From assembly GCA_963733295.1 (NCBI GenBank), contig CAVTCS010000003.1, positions 1,728,001 to 1,792,000 on the forward strand: a stretch of 64,000 bases of DNA, given 5' to 3'. This DNA comes from Vulcanimicrobiota bacterium. GTDB lineage: Bacteria > Vulcanimicrobiota > Vulcanimicrobiia > Vulcanimicrobiales > Vulcanimicrobiaceae. Every line of letters begins with the position of its first letter. Position 1 is the first letter of the stretch. The notes beneath the pieces are model-generated. The model was not told where the DNA came from and did no database searches. It worked only from the letters and a program-made list of their open reading frames with translations. The translations under genes were made by a program, and so were the position numbers. Below are positions 17,977-28,480 of this stretch, in pieces.

Positions 17977-20480
17977 CGCGCTGATTCTCTCAAACCTTCC
18001 TCGGACGACGCTGGGAAGAATCCCAGTTGCGTTTCCTCACGCCGGTCCGGAGCTGAGAGTTTTGTCTGGAGCGGAGCCTGCGTCTCGAGCGTCGGCCGCT
18101 CGCCGATAACGTTCGCGATCTCGCGCGCGCGAGCGATGACGCCCGCGGGAAGGCCCGCCATTCGCGCGACTTCTATCCCGAACGAGCGCGAGGTGCTCCC
18201 AGGAAGCACGCGGTGTGAAAAGACCGGCGCGCCCGACTTCGCCGTGTTTCCCACAGCGGTCACGTGAAAGTTCGCGACCAGCGGCCAGCGTTCGGCCAGC
18301 GCGACGAGATCGTGGAAGTGCGTCGCGAACAACACCATCGGCGCGCGCGACTCGAGACCGAGCAAATACTCGCAGATCGCTTCCGCGATTGCCACGCCGT
18401 CGATCGTTCCCGTGCCGCGTCCGACCTCGTCGATCAGAAGCAGACTGCGCCGCGTGCAACGCCGCAAGATGTTCGACGCTTCGGCCATCTCAACGTAGAA
18501 GGTCGACTGACCCGAGGCGAGATCGTCGCCCGCGCCGATGCGCGTGAAGACGCTTTCCACGACTCCCAAGTGCATCGAACGTGCCGGGACGAACGAACCG
18601 AGCTGCGCGAGGATGACGAGCAGCGCAGCTTGTCGCAAGAACGTGGACTTGCCGCCCATGTTCGGGCCGGTCAAGAGCACGAAACGCGTGGCCGCTTCGG
18701 CGAGATGCAAGTCGTTCGGAACGAACGAGTCGCCGGCTAGCGCTTCCATGACCGGATGTCTGCCGTCGACGATGTCGAGCGTGCTCGTCTCGACGAAAAC
18801 GGGACGCACGTAGCCGCGTTCGCCCGCGACTTGCGCGAGGCTCGCGGCAACGTCGAGTTCGGCCAACGCGTCGGCCGCGGCCAACAGGGCCTCGACGTTC
18901 TCCGCGACGGTCTCGAGCAAACTGGCGTAGAGCGCCTCTTCGAGGCGCAGCTGCCGGCTTTGCGCGCTCGCGATCGCGATCTCGAGCTCTTTGAGTTCCG
19001 GGATGACGTAACGCTCGCCGTTCGACAGGGTCTGCTTGCGAACGTAGTCCGGCGGAACGAGCGCCACGTTCGATTTACTGACCTCGATCCCGTATCCGAA
19101 CGTGCTCGCGAATTTGACTTTGAGCGTCTTGATGCCGGTGCGCGTCCGTTCGCGTTCTTCGAGCGCGACGATTCGCTCGCGCGCTTCGCTCCGTTGGGTC
19201 AGACACTCTTCCACTTCGGGCGAAGCCCCGGGCAAAATCACGCCGCCGTCGGCGAGCGTCGCCGGCGGATCGGCGACCAGCGTCTTCTCGAGCAGGGCTA
19301 GCAGTTCGCGATGGTTGCCGATCCGTTCGCGAAACGCTGCCAGCGGCGGCGGCAACGCCCCGCAGAGCGGTTCGAGCAACTGCAGCGTGCGACGCAGCGA
19401 GCCGAGATCGCGCGGCCCGGCGCGCCGGAAACGCACTTTCTGCGCGATTCGCTCGAGATCGTACACGCCCGCCAAGAGTTCTTGCAGCTGAGCTCGCGCG
19501 GGGTAGTCGCGGGTGAGCGCATCGACGCGGTCGGCGCGGCGCGCGATCGCGGCGGCGTCGACGAGCGGCGCGAGAATCCAACGCGCCGAGCAGGCGCGAG
19601 CCCATCGCGGTGCGGCACCGGTCGAGCGTCGCCAGCAGCGTTGCCTTTGGATTCGCGCCTTGGGCCTTGATCAAGTCGAGGTGCCGGCGCGCGTTGGTGT
19701 CGAGTCCGAGGAAAGGTTCGCGCGCGGTAAAACTCGGGCTCGCGTAGCAGGCCGCTCGGGACGTCGAAGCCGACTCGCCGGACGAAAGCGGCGAGCGCGC
19801 CGAGCGAGCGCTCCATCGCCAACGACTCGTCGTCCGAGAAGCCCTCGACCGGACCGCGCTCGCGCGGTTCGACCGCGGCGAGCGGCGGCGCAGTCACGCG
19901 CACCGCCGGCAACGCGGCGACGACCGCCTTGCGAATCTCTTCGGGGACGTCGGCGACGATTTCGGCCGGACCTAGGCGTATCAGTTCGGCCAGAACCTCC
20001 TCGACCGCCCCGTCGCCGCTGAAAGCGGTCGCCAGCGCGCGCCCGGTCGAGATGTCCGCCGAGCGCCAGGCCGATCGCTTCGCCGCCGACCGTGAGCGCC
20101 GTGAGATAGTTGTTGCTGGCGCGCTCGAGCAGCGTCTCCTCGATCAACGTGCCCGGCGTGACGACGCGGACGACGTCCCGCCGGGTCAAGCGGTTGGGCA
20201 CGGGGACTTCCATCTGTTCGGCCAGCGCGACGATACGCTGCTGCTGCACGAGCTTAGCGAGATAGCCGTCGAGCGCGTGATGCGGAACGCCGGCCATCGC
20301 GACGCGCTGTCCGCCGCCGGCTTCCTTTGAAGTCAACGCGATTTGGAGCGCTTGAGCGATCGTCGTCGCGTCGTCGCCGTAGGCCTCGTAGAAGTCGCCG
20401 ACCCGCGCCAACAGGATCGCGTCCGGATGGCGCGCCTTCATGGCGAAGTACTGCTCGAGCATCGGCGAGTATCCGCTCAC
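17973..20480 (-). pseudogene. mutS: DNA mismatch repair protein MutS with three apparent +1 frameshifts (possibly sequencing errors)
   Basis: SPMLEQY/GDFYE N-terminus, TGPNMGGKST, STFYVEM, DEVGRGT, ATHFH and C-terminal QLGFF are spread over four frames. Extra bases lie near 20060, 19713 and 19587. Confidence 0.9.
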
Positions 20481-20516
20481 GGCGACGGGCGCTCCGGAAC
20501 CGGCACTCCTAGTACA

Positions 20517-21932
20517 CTAGCGTTGCGCGAGACCGATGAGATCGACCAGCGGACGAAAGGCGACCGGCTCGGCCGGTCCGTCGAAGCGCTCGGCCAGGCC
20601 GGTGAGCGTTCCGCGGCAGCCCCACACGTGCGCGCTCTCGATCCGGACGTCGAGCCACGGCCGCGCGACGATCTCCGCCGCCGTCAGCTCGCCGAGCGGC
20701 GCAACGACGGTCACGTTGTCGGTCGTCTTGCCCGAGATCTTGGATGGGTCTTTGCGCGACGGCCCGTGTGCAAGCGCGCGAACGACGCTGCCGACTTTGC
20801 GGTCGTGATAGGCTCGCACGCCGCGATTGACCGTCTGCATGAGCCGCTCGAGGCGGCCGCTCGCGACGCCGGGGTCGACCTGCTCCCACACAGCCGCCGG
20901 CGTTCCGCGGCGCGGCGAATAGATGAAGGAGTATGCCTGCGCGAAGCCGGCCCACTCGCAGAGCTCGAGCGTCGTTTCGAAGTCGTGGTCGCTCTCGCCG
21001 GGAAAGCCCACGATCAAGTCGGTCGTCAAGGCCCAGTCGGGGCAGTTCGCGCGGAAGAACCCGATCTTCTCGCGGTACTGCTCGACCGTGTACTTGCGAT
21101 TCATCCGCCGCAATACCGGATTCGAACCGCTCTGCACCGGCAAGTGAAAGCGCGGATTGAGCTGGGGCACCTTCCCCATCGTGCGCGCGAGTTTCTCACC
21201 GAAATCTTTGGGATGCGACGTAACGAAGGTCAGCCGCTCGAGCAGGGGTTGCGCGGCAACGATCTCGAGCAGGTCCGCGAAGTCGGCACCGCTGGCGGCG
21301 TCGCGATACGAATTGACCGTCTGACCGACGAGCATGATCTCGCGCGCACCGTTGGCCAGCGCCGCGCGCACTTCGCTCAAGATGTCGGAGAGCGGACGGT
21401 GGTCGAAGCGCCCGCGCACGTGCGGGACGATGCAGAACGTGCAGTAATACGAGCAGCCGCGCTGGACGGTTACGAACGCGCGCAGATGCGAGAACGCGTC
21501 GGCGATGCAGTCGGCCTCGCCTCCCAGCGGTTGGCGCAAGGCGCGTTCTTCCGCTTGCGGTCCTTCGTCCGCGAAGCCGGCGCGCCAGGTTGCGAGCGTG
21601 TCGCTCAAACGGGTCAGTTCGCTCGTTCCGAAAATTGCGTCGACGTGCGGCGCGGTTTTCTTCATGCGGTCGCGATCTTGCTCGGCGAGGCAACCGCAGA
21701 CGACCAGCTTCATTTCGGGATCGGCCAGCTTGAGCGCCTTGAAATGCGCCATCCGCCCGTAGGCGCGACGCTCCGCGTTGTCGCGTACGGTGCACGTGTT
21801 GAGCACCACCACGCTCGCCTCGCTCGCGTCGGCGACGATGGCGTAGCCCGCCGCGGCGGCCCGATCGGCGATCGACTGCGAATCCGCTTCGTTCATCTGG
21901 CAGCCGAACGTCTCGATGTAGATATTGGCCAT
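20517..21932 (-). CDS. miaB: tRNA-2-methylthio-N6-dimethylallyladenosine synthase
   Basis: TFGCQMNEADS, NTCTVR, GCSYYCTFC, HLPVQSGS, DLIVGFPGE, C-terminal TRAM-like region. Confidence 0.95.
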   Translation of the reverse strand: MANIYIETFGCQMNEADSQSIADRAAAAGYAIVADASEASVVVLNTCTVRDNAERRAYGRMAHFKALKLADPEMKLVVCGCLAEQDRDRMKKTAPHVDAIFGTSELTRLSDTLATWRAGFADEGPQAEERALRQPLGGEADCIADAFSHLRAFVTVQRGCSYYCTFCIVPHVRGRFDHRPLSDILSEVRAALANGAREIMLVGQTVNSYRDAASGADFADLLEIVAAQPLLERLTFVTSHPKDFGEKLARTMGKVPQLNPRFHLPVQSGSNPVLRRMNRKYTVEQYREKIGFFRANCPDWALTTDLIVGFPGESDHDFETTLELCEWAGFAQAYSFIYSPRRGTPAAVWEQVDPGVASGRLERLMQTVNRGVRAYHDRKVGSVVRALAHGPSRKDPSKISGKTTDNVTVVAPLGELTAAEIVARPWLDVRIESAHVWGCRGTLTGLAERFDGPAEPVAFRPLVDLIGLAQR

Positions 21933-22715
21933 CTACTTCGTCTTCGACGCGTCGGCCGTCAACTTTTCAAGCAACTCCAGCGGCAGGTAGATGCGTCCAC
22001 CGATGGTCTGCGGCTTGCTGTCGAAGGTCAGGGTCGCGCCGTCGTAGCGCACGGTTGCGACATCCACGTGCGCGACCACCACGTGGCCGCCGTAGCGGAC
22101 GACGATCTTCGTGCCCTCGAGCGCATACGAGCCGTACGGCAAATAGTCTTCGGCCGGTGCGACCACCGCCGAGCGGCCTTCACCCGCCGCGGGAGGCCGC
22201 AGGATCACCTCGGTCGTCGTATCGGGCCAAATGCGGAAGCTGCGTTGTACCTGCCCGTTCGCGCTGATCAGCGAGACGTGGTGGGGGCCGGGCAGCAGCG
22301 CGATCGGACGGCGTAAATCGCCGGAGAGCGGCGCGCCGTCGAGCGTTACCTTCATGCCGGTATCGACGCCGCGCAAACTCAAATCGCCTTCGTTCGGGCT
22401 GCGTCCCGGTACGCGCGGCTCCGCGACGAGGTCGGTGCTCGACATGAGGACCTTCTGCGGATCGACCTCGACGCCGAGCTCGCGCACCGTCCAACCCGTC
22501 TTCGTGATCGTCACCGTGTGGCGCCCGGGAGTCAGTCCGTCGACCATGACCGGCGAGCGCCCGACGTAGGTTCCGTCGAGCCAGATGTCCGCACCGGCCG
22601 GCAGCGTCGTGACGTAGACGCCGCCGGTCGACGTTTCCGCAGCGGCCGCGGCCGCCGCCGGAAGGCCGACGAGGAGTGCGCCCAGCAGCGCGAGGAGAGC
22701 GCGGAGCTTGACCAT
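21933..22715 (-). CDS. Secreted PEGA-domain protein with C-terminal copper-amine-oxidase-N/stalk-like segment
   Basis: VTTLPAGADIWLDGTYVGRSP...PGRHTVTITKTG; C-terminal PQTIGGRIYLPL. Confidence 0.75.
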   Translation of the reverse strand: MVKLRALLALLGALLVGLPAAAAAAAETSTGGVYVTTLPAGADIWLDGTYVGRSPVMVDGLTPGRHTVTITKTGWTVRELGVEVDPQKVLMSSTDLVAEPRVPGRSPNEGDLSLRGVDTGMKVTLDGAPLSGDLRRPIALLPGPHHVSLISANGQVQRSFRIWPDTTTEVILRPPAAGEGRSAVVAPAEDYLPYGSYALEGTKIVVRYGGHVVVAHVDVATVRYDGATLTFDSKPQTIGGRIYLPLELLEKLTADASKTK

Positions 22716-22777
22716 CTGTCCGAGGCAGCTTTCAGCGAGGCGCGGTTTCGCCCCCCCGCCCGCCGAATGAATGAGAA

Positions 22778-24148
22778 ATGGCTCTCGAACTGCCCGCGCG
22801 CGTGCGCCCCGCGACCGTCGCGATCGTCGGACGTCCGAACGTCGGGAAGAGCGCGCTCTTCAACCGGCTCGTCGGCAAGCGCCTGGCGATCGTCGACGAT
22901 GCGCCCGGAGTGACGCGCGACCGCCTCTACGCCCTGGCGGAGTGGCGCGGCCGCACGTTCAGCTTGGTCGACACCGCAGGCATCGACGTCGACGCTCCGC
23001 GCGACGAAGGCGACATCATACGCCGCACGCGCGAGCAAGCGGAGATCGCCGCGCGCGAAGCCGACGTCATCGTCTTCGTCGTCGACGCGTCGACGGGGCT
23101 CTCGCCGCTCGACGACGACGTCGTTTCGATCATGCGGCGCACGCGGCATCCCGTGCTCCTGGTCGCGAACAAGGCCGAGTCCGAGCGCGTACGCGCCTCG
23201 ATTCCCGGCGAATTCGCGCGGCTCGGCTTCGGCGAACCGATCGTCGTTTCCGCGATTCACGGCGAGGGAACCGGCGATCTCCTCGATGCGATCGTGGAAC
23301 GCTTGCCGCCCGAGCGCGAGATGCCGGAAGACGATACCGAATTGGCGCTCGCCATCGTGGGCCGCCCGAACGTCGGCAAGAGTTCGCTCCTCAACGCACT
23401 GCTCGGTGAAGAACGCTCAGTCGTCTCCGACGTCGCGGGAACGACCCGCGACGCGATCGACACGCTCTTCGAGTTTCACGAACATCAAATTCGGCTGATC
23501 GATACGGCCGGCGTGTGGCGCCGGACGCGCCATCACGGTTCGATCGAATACTATTCTTCGCTGCGCGCACTCAGTGCGATCGCGCGCTGCGACATCTCGA
23601 TTCTGGTGATCGATTCGATGACGGGAGTGCTGGATCAAGACCGGCGCCTCGCCGGAATCGCGCTGGAGGAGCGCAAGGGTCTCGTTATCGTCGCCAACAA
23701 GTGGGACCTCGCACTCGCGCAAAGCGAGGAGTATCAGCAAGACGAGCTGATCGAAGCGATCCACGACGCGATGCCGTTCGCGGCGTTCGCTCCGGTGACG
23801 TTCCTTTCCGCGCTCACCAAACGGCGCCTTGGAAGCCTGATGCCGCTGGTCATGCGCGTCGCGCGCAACTTGGACCGGCGCATTCCGACATCGCACCTCA
23901 ATACGCTCATACGCGACGCGATCTATACCCATCCCGCGCCGGCGAAGGGCGGTAAGCCGTTGCGCATCTACTACGCATCGCAGGTCGCATCGCATCCGCC
24001 GCTCTTCGTGTTCCACTGTAACGACGCCGAGCTCGTGACGAACTCTTACCAGCGCTTTCTCGAGAACACGATTCGCGCGAGCGAGGATTTCGAAGGCGTG
24101 CCGTTGCGCCTCGAGTTCCGCACGCGACGCGAGGCGGACATCACGTGA
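22778..24148 (+). CDS. der: Ribosome biogenesis GTPase Der
   Basis: Two GRPNVGKS/DTAG G-domains and a C-terminal KH-like domain. Confidence 0.97.
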   Translation: MALELPARVRPATVAIVGRPNVGKSALFNRLVGKRLAIVDDAPGVTRDRLYALAEWRGRTFSLVDTAGIDVDAPRDEGDIIRRTREQAEIAAREADVIVFVVDASTGLSPLDDDVVSIMRRTRHPVLLVANKAESERVRASIPGEFARLGFGEPIVVSAIHGEGTGDLLDAIVERLPPEREMPEDDTELALAIVGRPNVGKSSLLNALLGEERSVVSDVAGTTRDAIDTLFEFHEHQIRLIDTAGVWRRTRHHGSIEYYSSLRALSAIARCDISILVIDSMTGVLDQDRRLAGIALEERKGLVIVANKWDLALAQSEEYQQDELIEAIHDAMPFAAFAPVTFLSALTKRRLGSLMPLVMRVARNLDRRIPTSHLNTLIRDAIYTHPAPAKGGKPLRIYYASQVASHPPLFVFHCNDAELVTNSYQRFLENTIRASEDFEGVPLRLEFRTRREADIT

Positions 24149-24774
24149 ATGGATGGGGCGCCGTCTGGCTCGTTTGCGCGTTTTTCGTCGGCTCGATTCC
24201 GTTCGGCGTCATCGTCGCGGCGATATTCTATCGCAGCGACATCCGGCGCGAAGGCAGCGGCAACATCGGTGCGGCGAACGCGTTGCGCAGCTACGGCAAA
24301 ACGGCCGGCATCGCCGTTCTCGCGCTCGACGCGCTCAAAGGTTTTTTCGCGACCTGGATAACCGCGCCGTTCGGCGGAGCGGGTCCGGAGGCCGTGGCCG
24401 GACTGTGCGCGACGCTCGGACACTGCTATTCGCCGTGGCTCGGCTTCAAGGGTGGCAAAGGCGTCGCGACGTGGCTCGGCGTCCTGCTCGCGCTGCAACC
24501 TTTGGCCGCACTCAGCTTCGCGATCGCGTGGCTCGCGATCGTCGTCCCTTCGCGCTACGCCTCACTCGGGTCGCTCGTCGCAACGGTGGTTTCGGGAGCG
24601 GTCCTGTGGTGGCTCGAAGGTCAAGCGCTCGTCATCGGTCTGGTCGTGCTGGCCGCGACGGCATTGATTTTCTGGAAGCATCGCGAGAACATCGCTCGCC
24701 TGCGCGCCGGACGCGAGAATAAGATCGCCTTCCGCCGCAGTGATTCTGTCGATGCGAGGACTCTGCCCGGATAG
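24145..24774 (+). CDS. plsY: Glycerol-3-phosphate acyltransferase PlsY
   Basis: GSGNIGAAN, GHCYS...FKGGKGVAT, KHRENIARL; follows der. Confidence 0.96.
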   Translation: MNGWGAVWLVCAFFVGSIPFGVIVAAIFYRSDIRREGSGNIGAANALRSYGKTAGIAVLALDALKGFFATWITAPFGGAGPEAVAGLCATLGHCYSPWLGFKGGKGVATWLGVLLALQPLAALSFAIAWLAIVVPSRYASLGSLVATVVSGAVLWWLEGQALVIGLVVLAATALIFWKHRENIARLRAGRENKIAFRRSDSVDARTLPG

Positions 24775-24792
24775 CACTAAAGACCGCCCACG

Positions 24793-25353
24793 ATGATCTC
24801 TTCGAACGATTTTCGCAATGGCGTGACGATAGTGATCGAGGGCAATCTTTGGACTGTCGTCGAGTTCTTGCACGTCAAGCCCGGTAAGGGTTCGGCCTTC
24901 GTCCGGACCAGGCTCAAGAACGTCAAGACGGGCGCGACGGTCGAGCGCACCTTCCGCGCGGGCGAGAAGCTCGAGCGGGCGACGGTCGACAACCGCGAGA
25001 TGCAGATGCTCTACAACGACGCCGACGGTTACCACTTCATGGACAACGAGTCGTTCGAGAACGTGACGTTGCAGCGCGATCTGATCGGCGATCCCGCCGA
25101 CTTCCTCAAGGATGGAATGAAGATCGACGTACAGTTTCACGACGGCGTACCGATCGGCGTCGACTTACCTGCGCACGTCGAACTGCGCGTCGAGGAAACC
25201 GACCCGGGCTTCAAGGGCGACACCGCAACCGGCGCGAGCAAACCGGCCAAACTCGAGACCGGTGCGAGCGTGCAGGTTCCGCTCTTCGTCAATCCCGGCG
25301 ACGTCATCCGCATCGACACGCGCGATCGGCGCTACATCGGCCGCGTGAGTTGA
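24793..25353 (+). CDS. efp: Elongation factor P
   Basis: HVKPGKGSAFVR, KGDTATG, KPAKLETG, VPLF motifs. Confidence 0.98.
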   Translation: MISSNDFRNGVTIVIEGNLWTVVEFLHVKPGKGSAFVRTRLKNVKTGATVERTFRAGEKLERATVDNREMQMLYNDADGYHFMDNESFENVTLQRDLIGDPADFLKDGMKIDVQFHDGVPIGVDLPAHVELRVEETDPGFKGDTATGASKPAKLETGASVQVPLFVNPGDVIRIDTRDRRYIGRVS

Positions 25354-26171
25354 ACCCGCTCCTGGTCGCCGAGCTGGCGGCCATCGGAGCGGTCGCAGGC
25401 GTCATCGGGTCTCTGCTGGGGCTCGGCGGGGCGTTCATCGTCATCCCGATCTTGCGACTCATCTTCGGGTTGCCGCCCGCGGAAACATCGGCCGTCTCGC
25501 TCGTTCTGGTCGTCGCCAACAGCCTCAGCGGTTCGATCGGATATCTTCGTAACGGGCGTGCCGACCTGCGGCTCGCACTGGTGGTCGCGATAACCGGAAT
25601 TCCGGCGAGCGTTCTCGGCGCGTATCTCGTCGGGAAAGCGAGCCTTGCCGCCTTCGACTACCTCTACGGTGGGATGCTGGTCTACTTCTTCTTCGACATC
25701 ATGTGGCGCCGCAAGCGGCCGCCCGCGACCGGTCCGGTCAACGCTCCCGACGCAAAAGAGCGAACGCTGGTCGACGCCGATGGAATCCGCTATACGTACG
25801 CTACCAGCGTCTCGCTCTCGCTCGCATGCGGGGTCGTCATGGGACTCGTCGCGAGTTTCTTCGGCGTCGGCGGGGGCGTCATCTTCGTCATCTTCTTCAT
25901 CGCGCTGCTGCGCATGCCCGCGGCGATCGTGACGGCGACCTCGACGCTCGCGATCGTGCTGACCTCTCCGGCGGGCGTCCTTTGGCACGTCGTCAACGGA
26001 AACGTCGATTGGTCGTACGCGCTGCCGCTGGCGGCCGGCGGGCTCATCGGTGGCCAGTTCGGTCCGCGCCTGGCGCTCCGCTTGACCTCACCGCAATTGC
26101 TGACGGTGCTCGCCTACGCGATGCTCCTCGCCGCCGGAACTCTGGTTCTTAAACACATCCTCGGGTTCTAA
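25350..26171 (+). CDS. TauE/SafE-family membrane exporter
   Basis: Duplicated GLGGA/GVGGG motifs; about 8 TM segments. Confidence 0.9.
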   Translation: MNPLLVAELAAIGAVAGVIGSLLGLGGAFIVIPILRLIFGLPPAETSAVSLVLVVANSLSGSIGYLRNGRADLRLALVVAITGIPASVLGAYLVGKASLAAFDYLYGGMLVYFFFDIMWRRKRPPATGPVNAPDAKERTLVDADGIRYTYATSVSLSLACGVVMGLVASFFGVGGGVIFVIFFIALLRMPAAIVTATSTLAIVLTSPAGVLWHVVNGNVDWSYALPLAAGGLIGGQFGPRLALRLTSPQLLTVLAYAMLLAAGTLVLKHILGF

Positions 26172-26191
26172 GAGTCAGTCACCGGTCGGAA

Positions 26192-26232
26192 CCCGCTCAA
26201 TCCTTCCCAGAAACGTCGCGGCCGTTCCCGGG
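26192..26232 (-). repeat. Diverged copy of the sprT-like gene 3' end (left island boundary)
   Basis: 37/41 nt identical to 31380-31420. Translates as RERPRRFWEGLSG versus QERPRRFWERLSG. Confidence 0.85.
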
Positions 26233-26302
26233 TATCGCGAGGCCCTAAAGCTATCCGGGACGCCCCCCTGCCGCACATCAGCGTGCCTGTTTGGAGTGAC
26301 AT

Positions 26303-26671
26303 CTATTCCTCTAAAAGCGCCTTCCTCCAAAGTTTCGTAAGGTCGGGCTCGGCGCCTTGGTTAGCGGCGACTTGAACTTGTCTTGCAAATTCCTCGTCGG
26401 GCAGTTTTCGCAGACGTATAAGCTCCTCAACAACGAATTGCGCGCAACATGAGAGGGCAGCACGATCGTCACTCGGATGGCGCTCCGACCAAATCCGCCG
26501 AAACGTTTGTGTCAGCGCCGCATCAGCGGAATCTCCGTCAGGCATCCGCTCCATCTCGATTGTAAATTGCTCCATTCCGGTGTCGTAATGGTTCAATAAG
26601 TAAAGCTCGAGAAGTCGTCGGCATGCGTCGAACGAAGCTTCACGTTCGGGCCCATTGCCTAACTTCGACAT
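26303..26671 (-). CDS. Putative immunity protein for the RHS toxin
   Basis: 122-aa acidic helical ORF starting immediately after the toxin stop codon (0-bp gap). Confidence 0.65.
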   Translation of the reverse strand: MSKLGNGPEREASFDACRRLLELYLLNHYDTGMEQFTIEMERMPDGDSADAALTQTFRRIWSERHPSDDRAALSCCAQFVVEELIRLRKLPDEEFARQVQVAANQGAEPDLTKLWRKALLEE

Positions 26672-28114
26672 CTAAGGACCTGGAACAATTCGGGGAACCG
26701 CATTTATACCTCCATTTGTAATCACGCCGTTTCGTGTCCACGCCCAGGCCTGTGTCCCGTTTTGTAGTGTTTGTTGGAACTTCTGCAGTATAGCACCATC
26801 CTTAAGGATTCTTGTGCCCGCCGAACCGGGGATAAGATTCGCCGGATCCGCAGCAGTGCGCTGAATAAGGGCTCGATTAAGTGGACTATCGATTACATGA
26901 TTTGTAGCATTGCGAAACATGTGCGCAGCGTCCGCTTCCGAAATTTGAGGCGCGTTGTCGGGCACTTTGACAGCAGCTCGAATGACGGCCGCGAGCCGGG
27001 ATACGTAGCTTTGAATGCCCTTTTCCGCTAGCGCTTCGCCCAGTGCCGTGGCCGGCGCGATGGGGGCCACCTGTTGCCCCGCTTCAAACGGATCAAAACC
27101 TGACGGATCGGCATACTTTACCGGATTGTTTCGGTTCCAAACGTAGGGGCTCTGTGACATCGGATCATCGACCTCACCCTTGTACGCATCTGGCGACGTC
27201 CACTGGCTCGTGCCGGGATTGAATGTGCGCGTCCCCTGGAAAACCAATGAAACCGCGCTGGACAAACCCAGCAGGGCGGATTGCCACGATATTCCGTCCG
27301 CGTTGACATACGCTAAGCCAGCTGGTTCGTAGTAGATCTGCGTACCGGAGTAGTTAACGCATGTCGCCAATGGGATTCCATCTGCCGGAAACAGTGCGCT
27401 TGGGCATAAGCCCGTCGTCAACGTCGCGTTCCGAACCGCAACCATTGAACTCGCCGAGTCTCTGTCGATGACATTTCCGCACTGCGCCTCTTGCTCAACA
27501 AACGCGCACACCTGCGTCGAATAAGCGCCCCCGCCGCCGAATATTAGCTGCTGATACGAGGCAAAGAGTGCGACGTCGCCATCCCAGTGAAGCATCGTCG
27601 GCGTAGGACCCGATATCGGGGCACGTGAGAGCTGCTCTGGATGGCCATTTAAGCCCCAAACGAATGAATCAGTCCCACCGGCTCCCCCGTCATATCCTGT
27701 AAATGCAAACGTGCTGTACATCCTTGTCTGCACATGATCTTCATTGTCGTAGGACGCTGAGAACGTCCCGGTGCTCGTTTCGTTCTTACATGGTTCTTTA
27801 AGCGGCGGTGAAATCAGGGCCGGGAAGAATATTGACAGCGACCGGCCGGCCGAACTCTCTCTTCCAGCGGCATCGAAGGCGTAACCATCCGAGAACGTGC
27901 TCCCACCTTTCGTGGCAAGTGGGTTCGTAACGCAATTCGTAACGGCCCCTCCCTCGGTGCCGCTGCTTCGCGTCATACGGCTATTATTGAAATCAACGGT
28001 GTTTGTTGTGACACTACCAGTTCCGCCGGCGCCAGAACTTCCCACTTTGATCAAGACACCAAACGCGTAGTTGCGAAGATTGTAAAGGGGGTTGTACCCT
28101 GTAAGTTCATTGAT
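26672..28114 (-). pseudogene. C-terminal part of an RHS-repeat protein with toxin tip, cut off by IS3
   Basis: YAFDAAGR and YDNEDH repeats; RHS core QWTSPD...YVWNRNNPVKYADPSG followed by a variable C-terminal domain of about 140 aa. Confidence 0.85.
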
Positions 28115-28168
28115 TGGAGTTGACCCGGTTACGTGGACACTTTCCACCTTACGGAGAAAGAGTCCACC

Positions 28169-28480
28169 ATGGCAAAGGTCCGCACGTATCCGCCGGAGTT
28201 TCGGCGTAAGGTCCTGGAGTTAGTCCGCTCCGGTCGGAGCCTGAGTTCGATCTCCAACGAGTTTCATGTCGCCCGGCAGACCATAGTGAACTGGCAAAAG
28301 CAAGACGATCTCGATTCCGGCCGCCGCACAGACGGTCTGACGACCGAGGTGAGCGCGGAGATGACCAAGCTTCGTCGCAAGGTGCGCGAGCTTGAAATGG
28401 AACGCGACATCTTAAAAAAAGCCGCGGCCTGGTTCGCTCGGGAGACAAATGCGATTCCGAACAAGTCTTCGGATTCGTGA
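28169..28480 (+). CDS. IS3 transposase OrfA
   Basis: YPPEFRRK HTH and ELEMERDILKKAAAWF leucine-zipper end. Confidence 0.92.
   Translation: MAKVRTYPPEFRRKVLELVRSGRSLSSISNEFHVARQTIVNWQKQDDLDSGRRTDGLTTEVSAEMTKLRRKVRELEMERDILKKAAAWFARETNAIPNKSSDS

Noticed and set aside
20343..22316. 657-aa plus-strand ORF, and similar long ORFs such as 43-1629 and 3761-4831
   Set aside because: Antisense or alternative-frame shadows of real genes, expected in high-GC DNA; Arg-rich with no motifs.
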